A stretch of DNA of 64,000 nucleotides, taken from NCBI GenBank assembly GCA_965232265.1, contig CBDDPH010000002.1, positions 434,257-498,256 on the forward strand, written 5' to 3'. Position 1 is the first letter of the stretch, and each line of letters starts with the position of its first letter. The DNA comes from Candidatus Latescibacterota bacterium (GTDB taxonomy: Bacteria > Latescibacterota > UBA2968). Of the stretch, positions 28,579-38,414 are shown piece after piece. The notes under the pieces are model-generated. The model was not told where the DNA came from, searched no databases, and worked only from the letters and a program-made list of their open reading frames with translations. The translations under genes and the position numbers were made by a program.

Positions 28579-30435
28579 TTAGTGGTTAGTGGTTGATGGT
28601 TGCTTTTTCCTGAGTTTTTCCAATTCACGCTGCGCCAGTTGCGCCGCCTGTGGGTCTCCTCGCCAGAGTTCTATAAAGCGCGTGTACGCCTGTATGGCTG
28701 CGGTTTTTTCGCCGTTGTCCCGATGGGCTTTTCCCAGGTTAAAATACGCTTCAGCCCAATTTGGGCGCAGTGCTATGGCGCGGGTATAAGCTGTCGTTGC
28801 TTGGCCGGGACGGCCCAATTTTTCGCGGATTACGCCCAGGTTGTAGAAGATTTCTGCGTTGGTTGGGTCGAGAATAGCCGCTCGTTCAAAGGCAGAATGC
28901 GCGTCGGTTATTTGTCCGGCCTGCATTGCCGCCAGTCCTTTGTTCATGTAGGCTTCGATGTAATCCGGTTCTATTTCTACTGCTTTTTGATATGCGTCTG
29001 TGGCGTGCTTAAAACGGGCTGTTGCGGCGTAGAGATTTCCCAAGTTGTTATAGGTGAGGGCACTTTCTCGCACTGATAGGGCATTTTTATAAGCTGTTTC
29101 GGCATCGGATATCCTGCCGCGTTCAGATAGGGCGTCGCCCAGGGCGTGTTGCATTTTCGCGCTTTCGGGATACGCTGTTACGGCACTTTGGTAGAGTGTT
29201 AAGTCGTCTCGCCAGTCCGCATTTCGGATCATGGTTCGGGTGCTATAGGCCAGGATGATGAGGATGGCAAGGGCGGTTGCGACCGTTTTGCGGTGTTTTT
29301 CAAGGTGTTCAAATCCCAGGCCACACAGCGTGAATACACCGAGAACCGGGATGTATAAAAATCGCTCCTGAAAAATGGCGTTGATCAGGACGAGTGTTTG
29401 CGATACGGCTGAATAGGGTATAAAGAATAATGACAGAGCAAAAAATACGCAGGCCCAGCGCTTGTAAAAAGCACCTGCCCATAACAAGAGACTCGCGATG
29501 CCGAGGATTATGCCCGCGATTGCTTCGGGCGTGAGTATAGAGGTGATGACGGGTATGGCGTTATAGGAGTAATCTACGGATAATTTGATCGAAAACAAAA
29601 TGAGAACGCAATATTTCCAAAAGAGTCCGGCGGCAGTCAAGAGTCTGTGGTCGAGGGGTTGGTCTATAAGTGGGTTGTTGAGCGCGAGTATATTTTCGGC
29701 TGAGAATCCCAGGTTCGCAGCGACTTTTCGCATGATTAGATAGAGGACAAAAACCCCGATGAAGCCAGCCCAGCGCACACTGCGTTGCCACAGGAAATTG
29801 CGTGTCCCATCGCGGGACATAGCAAAGGTCAGATCGACGGCGATGATCAGTCCCAGTACGGTTATCGCGCTTTCTTTGGAGAGCAAGGCGAAAAAGAATC
29901 CCGCGAGGGCCAACCCGTAATATTTTTCTCCGCTTCGGTTGTGCCACCTGATGTACAAAAGCAGGGCTGATAGGGAAAACAAGCCTGCCAATAGATCTGC
30001 ACGCCCAAATGTGATGCCGGCCACGACTTCGGCATGGATGGGGTGTACGGCAAATAGCAATGCGGCCAGGATCGCGCCCCGGTTCAGACCCAACTTCAGG
30101 CAGAGCAGATAGGCGAGGAGGCTGTTGACCACGTGCAGGATCACGTTGGTCAGGTGAAATCGGAACGGCCAAATCCCGCCCAGGCCATCCAGCATAAAAG
30201 ACAGGATTGTGAGGGGGCGGTATTGCCCATTGACGTTAGCTTCTCCCTCGTATCCGGCCCAGTAATGCGTGGTGAAAATACCCCACACATCGGCTTCGCG
30301 AAGCAATCGGTTGCGTTCGATCAGAAAGTGATCGTCATAGACCAATCCGTTGCCCAGGCTGTTTGCGAATACCAGAAAGGCCGCCAATCCCACCGCGACG
30401 AGAGGATAGGTTTTCCCGCGTTGATTTACAGGCAT
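28579..30435 (-). CDS. TMTC-like protein: N-terminal polytopic GT-C/PMT-like membrane domain plus C-terminal TPR repeats (putative protein O-glycosyltransferase)
   Basis: LVYDDHFLI and HPIHAEVVAGITFGRADLL blocks typical of TMTC/DUF1736-type proteins; ~11 TM; 5-6 TPR units at the C-terminus. Confidence 0.55.
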   Translation of the reverse strand: MPVNQRGKTYPLVAVGLAAFLVFANSLGNGLVYDDHFLIERNRLLREADVWGIFTTHYWAGYEGEANVNGQYRPLTILSFMLDGLGGIWPFRFHLTNVILHVVNSLLAYLLCLKLGLNRGAILAALLFAVHPIHAEVVAGITFGRADLLAGLFSLSALLLYIRWHNRSGEKYYGLALAGFFFALLSKESAITVLGLIIAVDLTFAMSRDGTRNFLWQRSVRWAGFIGVFVLYLIMRKVAANLGFSAENILALNNPLIDQPLDHRLLTAAGLFWKYCVLILFSIKLSVDYSYNAIPVITSILTPEAIAGIILGIASLLLWAGAFYKRWACVFFALSLFFIPYSAVSQTLVLINAIFQERFLYIPVLGVFTLCGLGFEHLEKHRKTVATALAILIILAYSTRTMIRNADWRDDLTLYQSAVTAYPESAKMQHALGDALSERGRISDAETAYKNALSVRESALTYNNLGNLYAATARFKHATDAYQKAVEIEPDYIEAYMNKGLAAMQAGQITDAHSAFERAAILDPTNAEIFYNLGVIREKLGRPGQATTAYTRAIALRPNWAEAYFNLGKAHRDNGEKTAAIQAYTRFIELWRGDPQAAQLAQRELEKLRKKQPSTTNH

Positions 30436-30527
30436 TTTTTATCCAGGAAGGACACGAAGGACAAAAAAATAGAAATGCTACGACATACATAGACGCGCCA
30501 GTGCTTTTTGTCATTTACTTTGGTACA

Positions 30528-30572
30528 GAATACAAAGGGCGATTGCCAGGGTGCAACCCCGGCAGTCGCCCA
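30528..30572 (-). terminator. Candidate intrinsic terminator after the PorV-like gene (15-bp imperfect stem GGGCGACTGCCGGGG/CCCTGGCAATCGCCC then U-rich)
   Basis: Read from sequence; two mismatches in the stem. Confidence 0.4.
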
Positions 30573-30619
30573 AAAAATGTACAAACTATGGTCATCGCAG
30601 AAACTGCGATAGCCGTTCC

Positions 30620-31615
30620 TTAGAACGTGCCACCTATCGATATGCGTAGCGGCGAGTCGAACAGTGCCACGCCGTCGATATCCTTCAGCAGTGAGTAGGA
30701 TATATCTATGGCGAAGGTACGCCCACCCAATGCCTGCTTGACGCCAGCGCCAAAGGCAAAGGACTCGAGGTCGTAATTCCACTTATAGCCCGCGCGCACA
30801 GCGACCATGTTTTGGACCCAGAGTTCGGCTCCAAAGTGATAGCGTTGCTCGAAGTCAACGGGGAATACGCTCTCGGCTGCCAGCGTCAAATAGGTCGGAT
30901 CGCCTTTTTCGCCATAAACCTCGGCTGCCACGCCCATGTTGTAGGTCAGGGGCATGAGATACGAGAATGCCTCTTCCCTGGCTTTCTGATCTGGCCCGAA
31001 GTTCCTGAATGACATGGCTACGCGCAGGCTTCTAAACCCGGTGTAGAAATGACTGCCCAGGTCTATCGTAAATGAGCTGGTTCTTTGCGTGTAGAGCTTT
31101 TCCTGCACATAGTTGGCTTTGGCACTGAAAGAAAACTTATCCGTGAATTTTATGGCGTAGAGCAGGCCCACCGCCATGTAGTTCACATCGACAAACTGAC
31201 CCGTTCCACTCGGCTGGAAGATGGTGGTTTCTTCGATGGGTTCAACCTGCTGTGTAATCAGGCTGATACCCAGCACTTCGCCCCGAGACGAGTGGGTATT
31301 GAAGACAGCTGCCGCCGAATACAGTTCTGTACCTGCCAGCCACTTGGTGTAATTGGCCTGATAGGCGAACCTTTCCACGTGGGTTAGCCCCGCGCCGTTC
31401 CAGAAGATGGCGTTGATATCATCGGCAATTGCCGTGTATGAATCACCCATCCCCACGGCACGCGCACCCTGTCCGATTTTCAAAAACTGCATGCCTGCGA
31501 TGTTGACTTTCTTGACCCCTTTGATCGCGGTTACGCCTTCATATTCAAGCCCCAGAGCGGGACTGGCGATCAGCAGGCTCAGGAACGCTGTAAGTATGAG
31601 ATTTTTTCGTTTCAC
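30620..31615 (-). CDS. PorV/PorQ-family outer-membrane beta-barrel protein
   Basis: Signal peptide; GARAVGMGDSYTAIADDINAIFWNGAGL motif typical of PorV/PorQ-like barrels; C-terminal F. Confidence 0.5.
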   Translation of the reverse strand: MKRKNLILTAFLSLLIASPALGLEYEGVTAIKGVKKVNIAGMQFLKIGQGARAVGMGDSYTAIADDINAIFWNGAGLTHVERFAYQANYTKWLAGTELYSAAAVFNTHSSRGEVLGISLITQQVEPIEETTIFQPSGTGQFVDVNYMAVGLLYAIKFTDKFSFSAKANYVQEKLYTQRTSSFTIDLGSHFYTGFRSLRVAMSFRNFGPDQKAREEAFSYLMPLTYNMGVAAEVYGEKGDPTYLTLAAESVFPVDFEQRYHFGAELWVQNMVAVRAGYKWNYDLESFAFGAGVKQALGGRTFAIDISYSLLKDIDGVALFDSPLRISIGGTF

Positions 31616-31633
31616 AATGAATACCTCCTTCGG

Positions 31634-34066
31634 CTACTTAATCACCACAAAAGTACCGCGCTGGATCTTGTTTTCGCTGCCCGGGGTTTCGGATACGACG
31701 ACGAAGTAGTACAGTCCGGTCTGGATTTCACCAGCTAGATTGTACGTCACCTGCCGAAACGAGGCTTCGCCCCGGTCTGGATTATCGTGCGTGAGGGTAT
31801 AGACCCTGTCGCCAGATGCCGAAAAGATGTGGATTTTGCACTGTTGGGGAATCCCCACAAAGCGCAGGTTTCGGCTTCTGGGATAGTTATGCTTGTCATC
31901 TACGAAATAGGGATTGGGCACCACCGTTACTTTTCGGTCGAGCTGATCGGTCTCGGAGGTGGTCGGCTGGAAGGGCCGTCTGTCATCGGCGTCGTAGGTG
32001 CGTGCAGTGGCAGGTCCCCATCCGCTCTCGTATCCACCCGTGGCATTGGCGCGTGCTCTGCCCGTGGGCAGATCTCCTATCGCCATTCCGCCGCCCATCC
32101 AGTCGCTATATCCGCTGTTGTAGGGCCGCACCGAGTAGTGATATGCAAACCCAGCGGCCGTATCCAGATCTTCATACGTGTACTTCCCACCAGCGAGCGA
32201 CCACTGGCCGTTGAGGCTGGAACCGCTTTGGCCCTTCAACACGGTGTCGTGCAATTTCCATGGACCCCATCCGAACCAAGTGGAGCGATAGACGCGGTAG
32301 CCCGCGATGTCCTGTTGCCCGGTGTAGGGATTGACTGCGCGGTCGGCATCGTCAATCCACGAAATCTGTTGGCGGGCAAATCCGCTGGAAGTCAGGTCAT
32401 CGGCGGCGATAAACGCATTCGTAGGTGCTGGTGGATGGTGAAAATTGGAATCGTAAATAAAGTGCGCGAGTTGCAGATTCTCATAAGCCGCTTGCTCGCC
32501 CAGGGTTTTGAATTCTTGGATCTTTGTTTCTACCGGCACATCCGAACGATCCCAGGTCAGTATATCCTGATTCTTTATCTGAGCCGGGTGACCGGCGACA
32601 TAAGCCATCACGATCTTGGCGCTTTCGCCTGCCTGAAGCGTGTACGGACCATAGACTTGCGAGAAAATATAAAATTTTCGGTCATCTACGTTGCTCTCGT
32701 TCGGGTTGTCTTTGGTTCCCCCTTTTAGCATGTCACCATACATCTGGGACTCGGTGTCTTTTTCCGTATAGGGGTCGTCAAAGTCGTCTTTGGACCGCGC
32801 CTGCCACCACTGCGCCGAGAAGGGCTGGTCGCCCTGCGGCTGGACGTATTTGCCCATGTCCCGGCTGTTAAAGGCGTGTAGCCCCGGGGCATCGGTAAAC
32901 GCGATGGGTGCCATCACGATGTGTTGCGGTGCTCGAAGCTGGCCTTCGGCTGCATCAACCGCATCCGAATCGGTATGGCCCAGTCGTTGGAAATACGGGT
33001 CGCCCGTATCGTCGTATGGCGACAATGGGTTGTCGGAATCGCGGAAGATGCTGGCTTTATACCCGGGGGCAAACGCACCCGCGTAGTTGCTCGCATCGGA
33101 ATAAAAGTAAATATCATCCACTCCGCGACCTCCCGACGTCACATAACCATCCCAGCCAAAGGCTTGCATAACGCCCATTGCTGCGGACACCCAAGAGTTT
33201 ACAAACGAAAAATAGACATCGTGCTGCGTAGGTGTGCCGCCGGGATTGTCTTCTTGCCCATCCCCGTCAAAATCACCCGTATTGGTGAATGTCAAATCTA
33301 CGAGATAAAAATCGTCAAAGTCCGGGTGGCTCCAATTATAGATCCGCCGCGTCACCTGAATGCCCTGCTTGATATGCACCCATTGTGCAATAATGGTCTC
33401 TTCGGGAATTGACAGATCGGCGATATAGCCACTCAGATTGTAGTTTGCAATGACCACAGGACCGGTTTTGGAGGGATCTAACTCGTTTCCGTAATAACTT
33501 CCAAAATCTGCCTGTGTCACACCGGGCCAGTAATTGGACAGGGTCGGTTCTGATCCACCACCGCTCCAGCCGCCCGAAGTGGCAAGCACGTTTGAGGCAT
33601 CTCCGAGTGTCCGCAGTGGGTTGGGCACGCCCCAGTGTTCTTCTTCGTTGCCTCTGGGATCATAAGGCAATGGACGGATAAAGTCCCTGATCCACGGCGA
33701 GGGCCGTGGCCCGGTCAAACTGATTTGTCCGTCGGATGTCAAAATCCACAAACCATCGCCCATCGAGGTTTTGTAGTCGTTATAGACCTGGGATTTTGGT
33801 CCGCTCGTGAATTGCGACAGAACTTGTCCGAAAGAACCCGGTCCCACGCCATTGTGGGGATAGGCATTTCGGTCGCCGCCGCGGTTGATTTCGGGATTGC
33901 CGCCCTGGATACCCATGTTGTTCCAGGAATTGGAGATCAATGCCCTGGTATTTTCCCTGAAAGGGATTATGTTCGGGTCGAATTGCGCTGTGGCATCGGT
34001 AGCTATAAGAGCACCCACCGCAGCGCATATTGCGACCCATCCTGTAAAAATTTTAAATCGCGTCAT
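31634..34066 (-). CDS. Large secreted protein with C-terminal T9SS-type/FlgD-Ig-like sorting domain (likely start at MTRFKIF..., 34066)
   Basis: Signal peptide at the second Met; last ~90 aa VTVVPNPYF...IHIFSASGDRVYTL...GLYYFVVVS...KIQRGTFVVIK resemble a CTD/FlgD-like beta-sandwich. Confidence 0.45.
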   Translation of the reverse strand: MTRFKIFTGWVAICAAVGALIATDATAQFDPNIIPFRENTRALISNSWNNMGIQGGNPEINRGGDRNAYPHNGVGPGSFGQVLSQFTSGPKSQVYNDYKTSMGDGLWILTSDGQISLTGPRPSPWIRDFIRPLPYDPRGNEEEHWGVPNPLRTLGDASNVLATSGGWSGGGSEPTLSNYWPGVTQADFGSYYGNELDPSKTGPVVIANYNLSGYIADLSIPEETIIAQWVHIKQGIQVTRRIYNWSHPDFDDFYLVDLTFTNTGDFDGDGQEDNPGGTPTQHDVYFSFVNSWVSAAMGVMQAFGWDGYVTSGGRGVDDIYFYSDASNYAGAFAPGYKASIFRDSDNPLSPYDDTGDPYFQRLGHTDSDAVDAAEGQLRAPQHIVMAPIAFTDAPGLHAFNSRDMGKYVQPQGDQPFSAQWWQARSKDDFDDPYTEKDTESQMYGDMLKGGTKDNPNESNVDDRKFYIFSQVYGPYTLQAGESAKIVMAYVAGHPAQIKNQDILTWDRSDVPVETKIQEFKTLGEQAAYENLQLAHFIYDSNFHHPPAPTNAFIAADDLTSSGFARQQISWIDDADRAVNPYTGQQDIAGYRVYRSTWFGWGPWKLHDTVLKGQSGSSLNGQWSLAGGKYTYEDLDTAAGFAYHYSVRPYNSGYSDWMGGGMAIGDLPTGRARANATGGYESGWGPATARTYDADDRRPFQPTTSETDQLDRKVTVVPNPYFVDDKHNYPRSRNLRFVGIPQQCKIHIFSASGDRVYTLTHDNPDRGEASFRQVTYNLAGEIQTGLYYFVVVSETPGSENKIQRGTFVVIK

Positions 34067-34140
34067 AGTATTCCTCGCCCTCCATGTCGGGTTTCGGAAA
34101 GGGTATGCGAGTGGGCTACAAGACCCACTCGCACAACCCG

Positions 34141-37100
34141 CTACCAATTAAATCGCACGCCTACCTGGGTCAATCTGGGTGTGTGCGCGTAAGTGCGATC
34201 GCGCACGTCGCCGTATTGCAGGTAGGTGCTGTCGGTCGGTCGGGGTCCGTCAACCCCGTAGTAGGTGTAGTCATTCCTATTGGTTGGACTCGTTCGGTCT
34301 TTCTGATTAAACAGATTGCGTATATCCAGGAAGACCGAGGTCTGAACCCGGGACGTCATGGCAAAGGTCCTTTCCAATGCCAAGTCTGTGCGAGAGTCCA
34401 TAGCCAGTTCGCGGTAGGGCCGCACGCCACCTTCTGGCGGGGCATAGCGGAACAAGCCACCCGTTTCAACCCGCGTGACCAAGTTGATGCGCGTATTGCG
34501 CAACACTTTGCTGACGATGGCACCGCCCCGTTCGTAATCGGCCGGGAAGGATGCCAGCATTGAGGCGGTTCCAAACTGCCTTCGATCTCCTCCGCGAGGT
34601 TTCAGGAATAGCTGCGTATAACCACCCGTGAGCAGGTAAACGCCCTTATCTTTGGTCGGTCCCTCGAGGGGGCGCATGCCATCCCATTCGCCCGTACCCA
34701 GGGTAGCACCATAAGCCAAGCGCTCGCCGTGTGACTCGTATCGGCTATTGGCACGATCAGCAATCAGGTCGATGTCTTCCTGCGACATCATTCTGGGCAC
34801 TTCGCTGCCCGAGGAGTGGGGCTCCCATTCTACCCACAAATCGGGAACCGGCACGCCAAATTCGGGATGCGTATAGGCAATGTTGACAGCAGCTCTTCTA
34901 ACGCCTTCCTCATCCATGTAGATGTTGCGTATCACGTTGCCGCGCTTGCCCGTGGTAAATGACGCCCACTGGTAGTTATAGGACAGATTGAATGAGAAAT
35001 TGTGGCTGAACCGCTTGCGCAATGCGAGTTCCACGCCCCGCGTATCCCCATAAGCACCGTTGTCCAGGGTGCGAGAATAGCGAATGGAACTGATGCGCGG
35101 TCCCTGCCAAGTTTCGTTGGGATAATGGGTGAATTGCTCGACCTCAGAGCGATAATAAGCCGTTAGTGCTATGGTATAGTCCGAAACAAAGTTCCAGTCT
35201 GCCCCCACTTCAAATGCGGTGGTTTTGGCGGGGCGCAACAGGTGCGTGCCATTTCGACCGCTATACGTGGTTTCCAGGTTGTTGTAGCGCTCTGTGTCGT
35301 CGATGCGGCCGTTGCCGTTGACATCTCTGTCTTCGGCTTTGCCCGCTACCCAGAAGTCTTCGCCAAAGTAGAACCACAGGTCAGCCCATTGCAGATAAAC
35401 ACCCGATGAGAACCGGAATTGCGCCCGTTCGGTGATGGGATGCGAAATTCCGATGCGGGGGCTAAAGACCACATGCCAGGGTGCCTGTGTTGACCAGATC
35501 GATCCCTCATTATAGGCGTAATCTCGCGCCAGGGTAGGTCTGCGGAACATTTCGGAACCGCGGGCACTACCGAACGTTATTCTGCGGGCATTGGGATTGA
35601 AAGCATCCATACGCAGGCCCAGGTTCACGATCATGCCCTCAAATTCCATCTTGTCTTGCACGTAAGCATTGATGGAATACGGCTTGACGCCTTCCTCTCC
35701 GAACCGACCTTCATCTGCCACAAACATCAGATGCCGATCCGCAGGGGTGGCATTGGCGATGATCATCATCATGATGTCTCGGCGCATAAATTCAATACCG
35801 CCCTTGAGCAGGTGGCCCTTTGTCACCTGAGAAGTCAAATCGACCTTCAAGCCCAGACGGTTGCGGTCGGCCACTTTCCAGCGGGCGGCTGTTCGCCCGG
35901 TGTTAAACCAGTTGGCGTCGCCCCTGTGGTTGACCGATGTTGCGTGATATACGCCGCTGGTATCTGTTAATGAGCGGCTGCGCGACACGCGCACTTCGTA
36001 AAATGTTTTGGGCGAGAGCGTGTGGGTGACAACCAGATATTGCATTTCTTCGCTTTCCATGCGCTTTCCAGCCCCCGACCAATCTGGGGGTAAAAACAGA
36101 TCCCGACCGCCGTTGCCCAAACCCCGATGCACGCCCGGAAGCGAATCTGCCGTGCGGATATAGGGATCGGCCACGCCGTCTGACCAGTATTCGTATCCCT
36201 GGTAAAGCCCGCCCAGCTTGAGCTTCAGATTTGGGCTTGGCCTAAAGGTGAAGCTCCCGGAAAGCGTCAGGTTATCTGGACCCGTGGGAATAAATCTGTT
36301 GGTATCGTTGTAAAATCCCGTCTGCTTGGATCCCGGATAGCGATTGGCTAAACGGCCGTGTTTGGCGGTGGCGACAAAGGAGACATTGGTGCCAATGGGC
36401 CCCGAGAGATTTGCCTCTGCATCCCAACCGCTGACTTCTGTGTAGTCCTCTCGAATATGCAGGGGTTCGCCAGCCAATTCTGTCAGGGTCTGGTTATCCA
36501 AACCCAGATCGGGGCGCCGTTCCGTCAGCCAGTTGGGATTGTCCCACTGCATTTTGTCTTGGTGTTGTGGGGCGTCATAGACATTCATACCCCAGTGCTT
36601 TTTCCCGGCAGGATCATAGCGAAATTCGCCCCAGCCATTGTACTGATTGCCGCCGTCTTTGGTCACGATTTGTACCACGCCGGCCTGTGCATTGCCAAAC
36701 TCGGCGGGTGTTACACCGGTGAGCACTGACAATTCTTGAATTGCGCCGCGGTTCACGGTTCGGAACTGCCCGCCAGCACCCCGGCCATCGTTGTAGTTTA
36801 TCCGTATGCCATCAACCATATAGGCCACGTCGCTACCCCATACAACATCGCTGTAACCGGATCCGGGGCCGCCAACCCGACTGCCACGCAAGCGGTTGGT
36901 ACCATCTACGGATACGCCGGGTTGCAGTTGTAAAAGCTCGGATGTGTTTCGCACGATGCTCAAAAGACGTTCGGTTTCTTCGACTGTTACGGTGTATTTA
37001 CTCGTGGTTTTGTCCGGTTCCACGAGTGGACGATCGGCAACCACGACCAGTTCGCCGAGTTCTACAGCGGCTTCCTTGAGCGTGAAATCCACGGTGACGG

Positions 37101-37395
37101 TCTGATCGACGATGACCAGCACGTCCTGCACCTGGACGGTTTCATAACCGACGAGGGAACCGGTGAGGGTGACGCGCCCAGGGTCTGCCTGGATAATTGC
37201 GTAGTACCCATCGGCATCGGTGACAGCACCGCGCTGAGTGCCTTTGATCACGACGTTGGCACCCGGCAACGGCTGTCCGTTATTGTCTCGCACAACGCCG
37301 TTGACCTTACCCGTGCTGCCCGCCCACAGATCGCCGGTTCCTGCAAATAGGAAACCGATGGTCAGGAAACTAAAAAACAACAGTCTGTGCTTCAT
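34141..37395 (-). CDS. TonB-dependent outer-membrane receptor with N-terminal carboxypeptidase-regulatory-like domain
   Basis: Signal peptide, CarbopepD_reg-like GVVRDNNGQPLPGANVVIKGTQRGAVTDADGYY, plug domain, 22-strand barrel ending in ...VGVRFNW. Confidence 0.75.
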   Translation of the reverse strand: MKHRLLFFSFLTIGFLFAGTGDLWAGSTGKVNGVVRDNNGQPLPGANVVIKGTQRGAVTDADGYYAIIQADPGRVTLTGSLVGYETVQVQDVLVIVDQTVTVDFTLKEAAVELGELVVVADRPLVEPDKTTSKYTVTVEETERLLSIVRNTSELLQLQPGVSVDGTNRLRGSRVGGPGSGYSDVVWGSDVAYMVDGIRINYNDGRGAGGQFRTVNRGAIQELSVLTGVTPAEFGNAQAGVVQIVTKDGGNQYNGWGEFRYDPAGKKHWGMNVYDAPQHQDKMQWDNPNWLTERRPDLGLDNQTLTELAGEPLHIREDYTEVSGWDAEANLSGPIGTNVSFVATAKHGRLANRYPGSKQTGFYNDTNRFIPTGPDNLTLSGSFTFRPSPNLKLKLGGLYQGYEYWSDGVADPYIRTADSLPGVHRGLGNGGRDLFLPPDWSGAGKRMESEEMQYLVVTHTLSPKTFYEVRVSRSRSLTDTSGVYHATSVNHRGDANWFNTGRTAARWKVADRNRLGLKVDLTSQVTKGHLLKGGIEFMRRDIMMMIIANATPADRHLMFVADEGRFGEEGVKPYSINAYVQDKMEFEGMIVNLGLRMDAFNPNARRITFGSARGSEMFRRPTLARDYAYNEGSIWSTQAPWHVVFSPRIGISHPITERAQFRFSSGVYLQWADLWFYFGEDFWVAGKAEDRDVNGNGRIDDTERYNNLETTYSGRNGTHLLRPAKTTAFEVGADWNFVSDYTIALTAYYRSEVEQFTHYPNETWQGPRISSIRYSRTLDNGAYGDTRGVELALRKRFSHNFSFNLSYNYQWASFTTGKRGNVIRNIYMDEEGVRRAAVNIAYTHPEFGVPVPDLWVEWEPHSSGSEVPRMMSQEDIDLIADRANSRYESHGERLAYGATLGTGEWDGMRPLEGPTKDKGVYLLTGGYTQLFLKPRGGDRRQFGTASMLASFPADYERGGAIVSKVLRNTRINLVTRVETGGLFRYAPPEGGVRPYRELAMDSRTDLALERTFAMTSRVQTSVFLDIRNLFNQKDRTSPTNRNDYTYYGVDGPRPTDSTYLQYGDVRDRTYAHTPRLTQVGVRFNW

Positions 37396-37423
37396 AGCAC
37401 GACCTCCTTAAAGAGTGAATGGA

Positions 37424-38137
37424 TTAACGCCAGAAATAAAACTTAACTCCGGCTCCTATATCGAAGAACATTAGCGGGCGAGCGCGTTCCAAATCGTAAA
37501 AGAGCATGGGTCTCAATTCGCCCACGACAAAGTTTAAGCGCCCGCGCACATCCAGACTGATATTATCGGTGACAAATGCCTCCATACCCGCACCTGTGGT
37601 GATTGCTATGGTGGTGCGTTTGTCGATTTGCGGATCCATTACGGCGTTTAAGTCGATGGGATCGCTGGTTTGAGCCGGCCACACCAGATTGCTGTTTTCG
37701 GCGTTATAACGAAAGAAACCACCGCCGAGGGCGATATAATGGCGATAGTCTTTTGCCCGAAATCCGTGTTGCCGATTCTCCTCACCCACAAAGACGAGCG
37801 CGTTTACGGCTACGCTGTTGAAGGTCATTGTCGATGAAGCGTTGGGGCTGGTGTATTCGAGACCGTCAATCGGATATACAAACGGTTTGGACGCGAGTTT
37901 CCCGTTGTCGAATTTGGAATAGTGGTATTCCACTTCAACGGTTACGAGGTCGCTGGCCACGTAGTTCACGTTTATGCCGTATTTCCCCGCCTGGTCGTAG
38001 CGGTCCCGCAAATTGGATAGGGGGACGTGATAATTGGCAAATCCACCGAGACCCCATTTGCTTTGCTGGGCAAATAGATCACCCGATACAAGTACTAGTA
38101 ATACGCTCACTAGGAAAGAAGCTAAGGTGCGTGTCAT
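37424..38137 (-). CDS. Small outer-membrane beta-barrel protein (OmpA-like porin family)
   Basis: Signal peptide ...LFAQQ, alternating amphipathic strands, C-terminal FYFWR. Confidence 0.5.
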   Translation of the reverse strand: MTRTLASFLVSVLLVLVSGDLFAQQSKWGLGGFANYHVPLSNLRDRYDQAGKYGINVNYVASDLVTVEVEYHYSKFDNGKLASKPFVYPIDGLEYTSPNASSTMTFNSVAVNALVFVGEENRQHGFRAKDYRHYIALGGGFFRYNAENSNLVWPAQTSDPIDLNAVMDPQIDKRTTIAITTGAGMEAFVTDNISLDVRGRLNFVVGELRPMLFYDLERARPLMFFDIGAGVKFYFWR

Positions 38138-38414
38138 AAACTCTCCTTTCTACAGCTTAAAACTGCGGTGATGCAATTCTTCTGTTATACGTTTGACGAG
38201 ATACTAATATGTGAACCCGGACTATTCAGTGCATTGGCCTCACCTCATTTCTTTTGTTTAGAAATTTTAATAATAAATAAAAATAAAACTTAACAAGACT
38301 TAAAAAAAACAATGATTTATACACCATGATAGCTCTATTGATATGAATATGTCAAGCCTTTTTTAATTTCGTTATAAACTTTTCAAAAAAAATTTCAAAT
38401 CCTGTTGTACGCAA
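38138..38414. other. AT-rich (~25-30% GC) intergenic island with poly-A/T tracts in an otherwise GC-rich locus
   Basis: Composition by eye; lies between the SSF transporter stop and the OM barrel start. Confidence 0.5.

Noticed and set aside
31787-32728. 313-aa plus-strand ORF inside the CTD-protein gene and 33635..34192
   Set aside because: Antisense to a long ORF with signal peptide and C-terminal sorting domain. Low-complexity translation.
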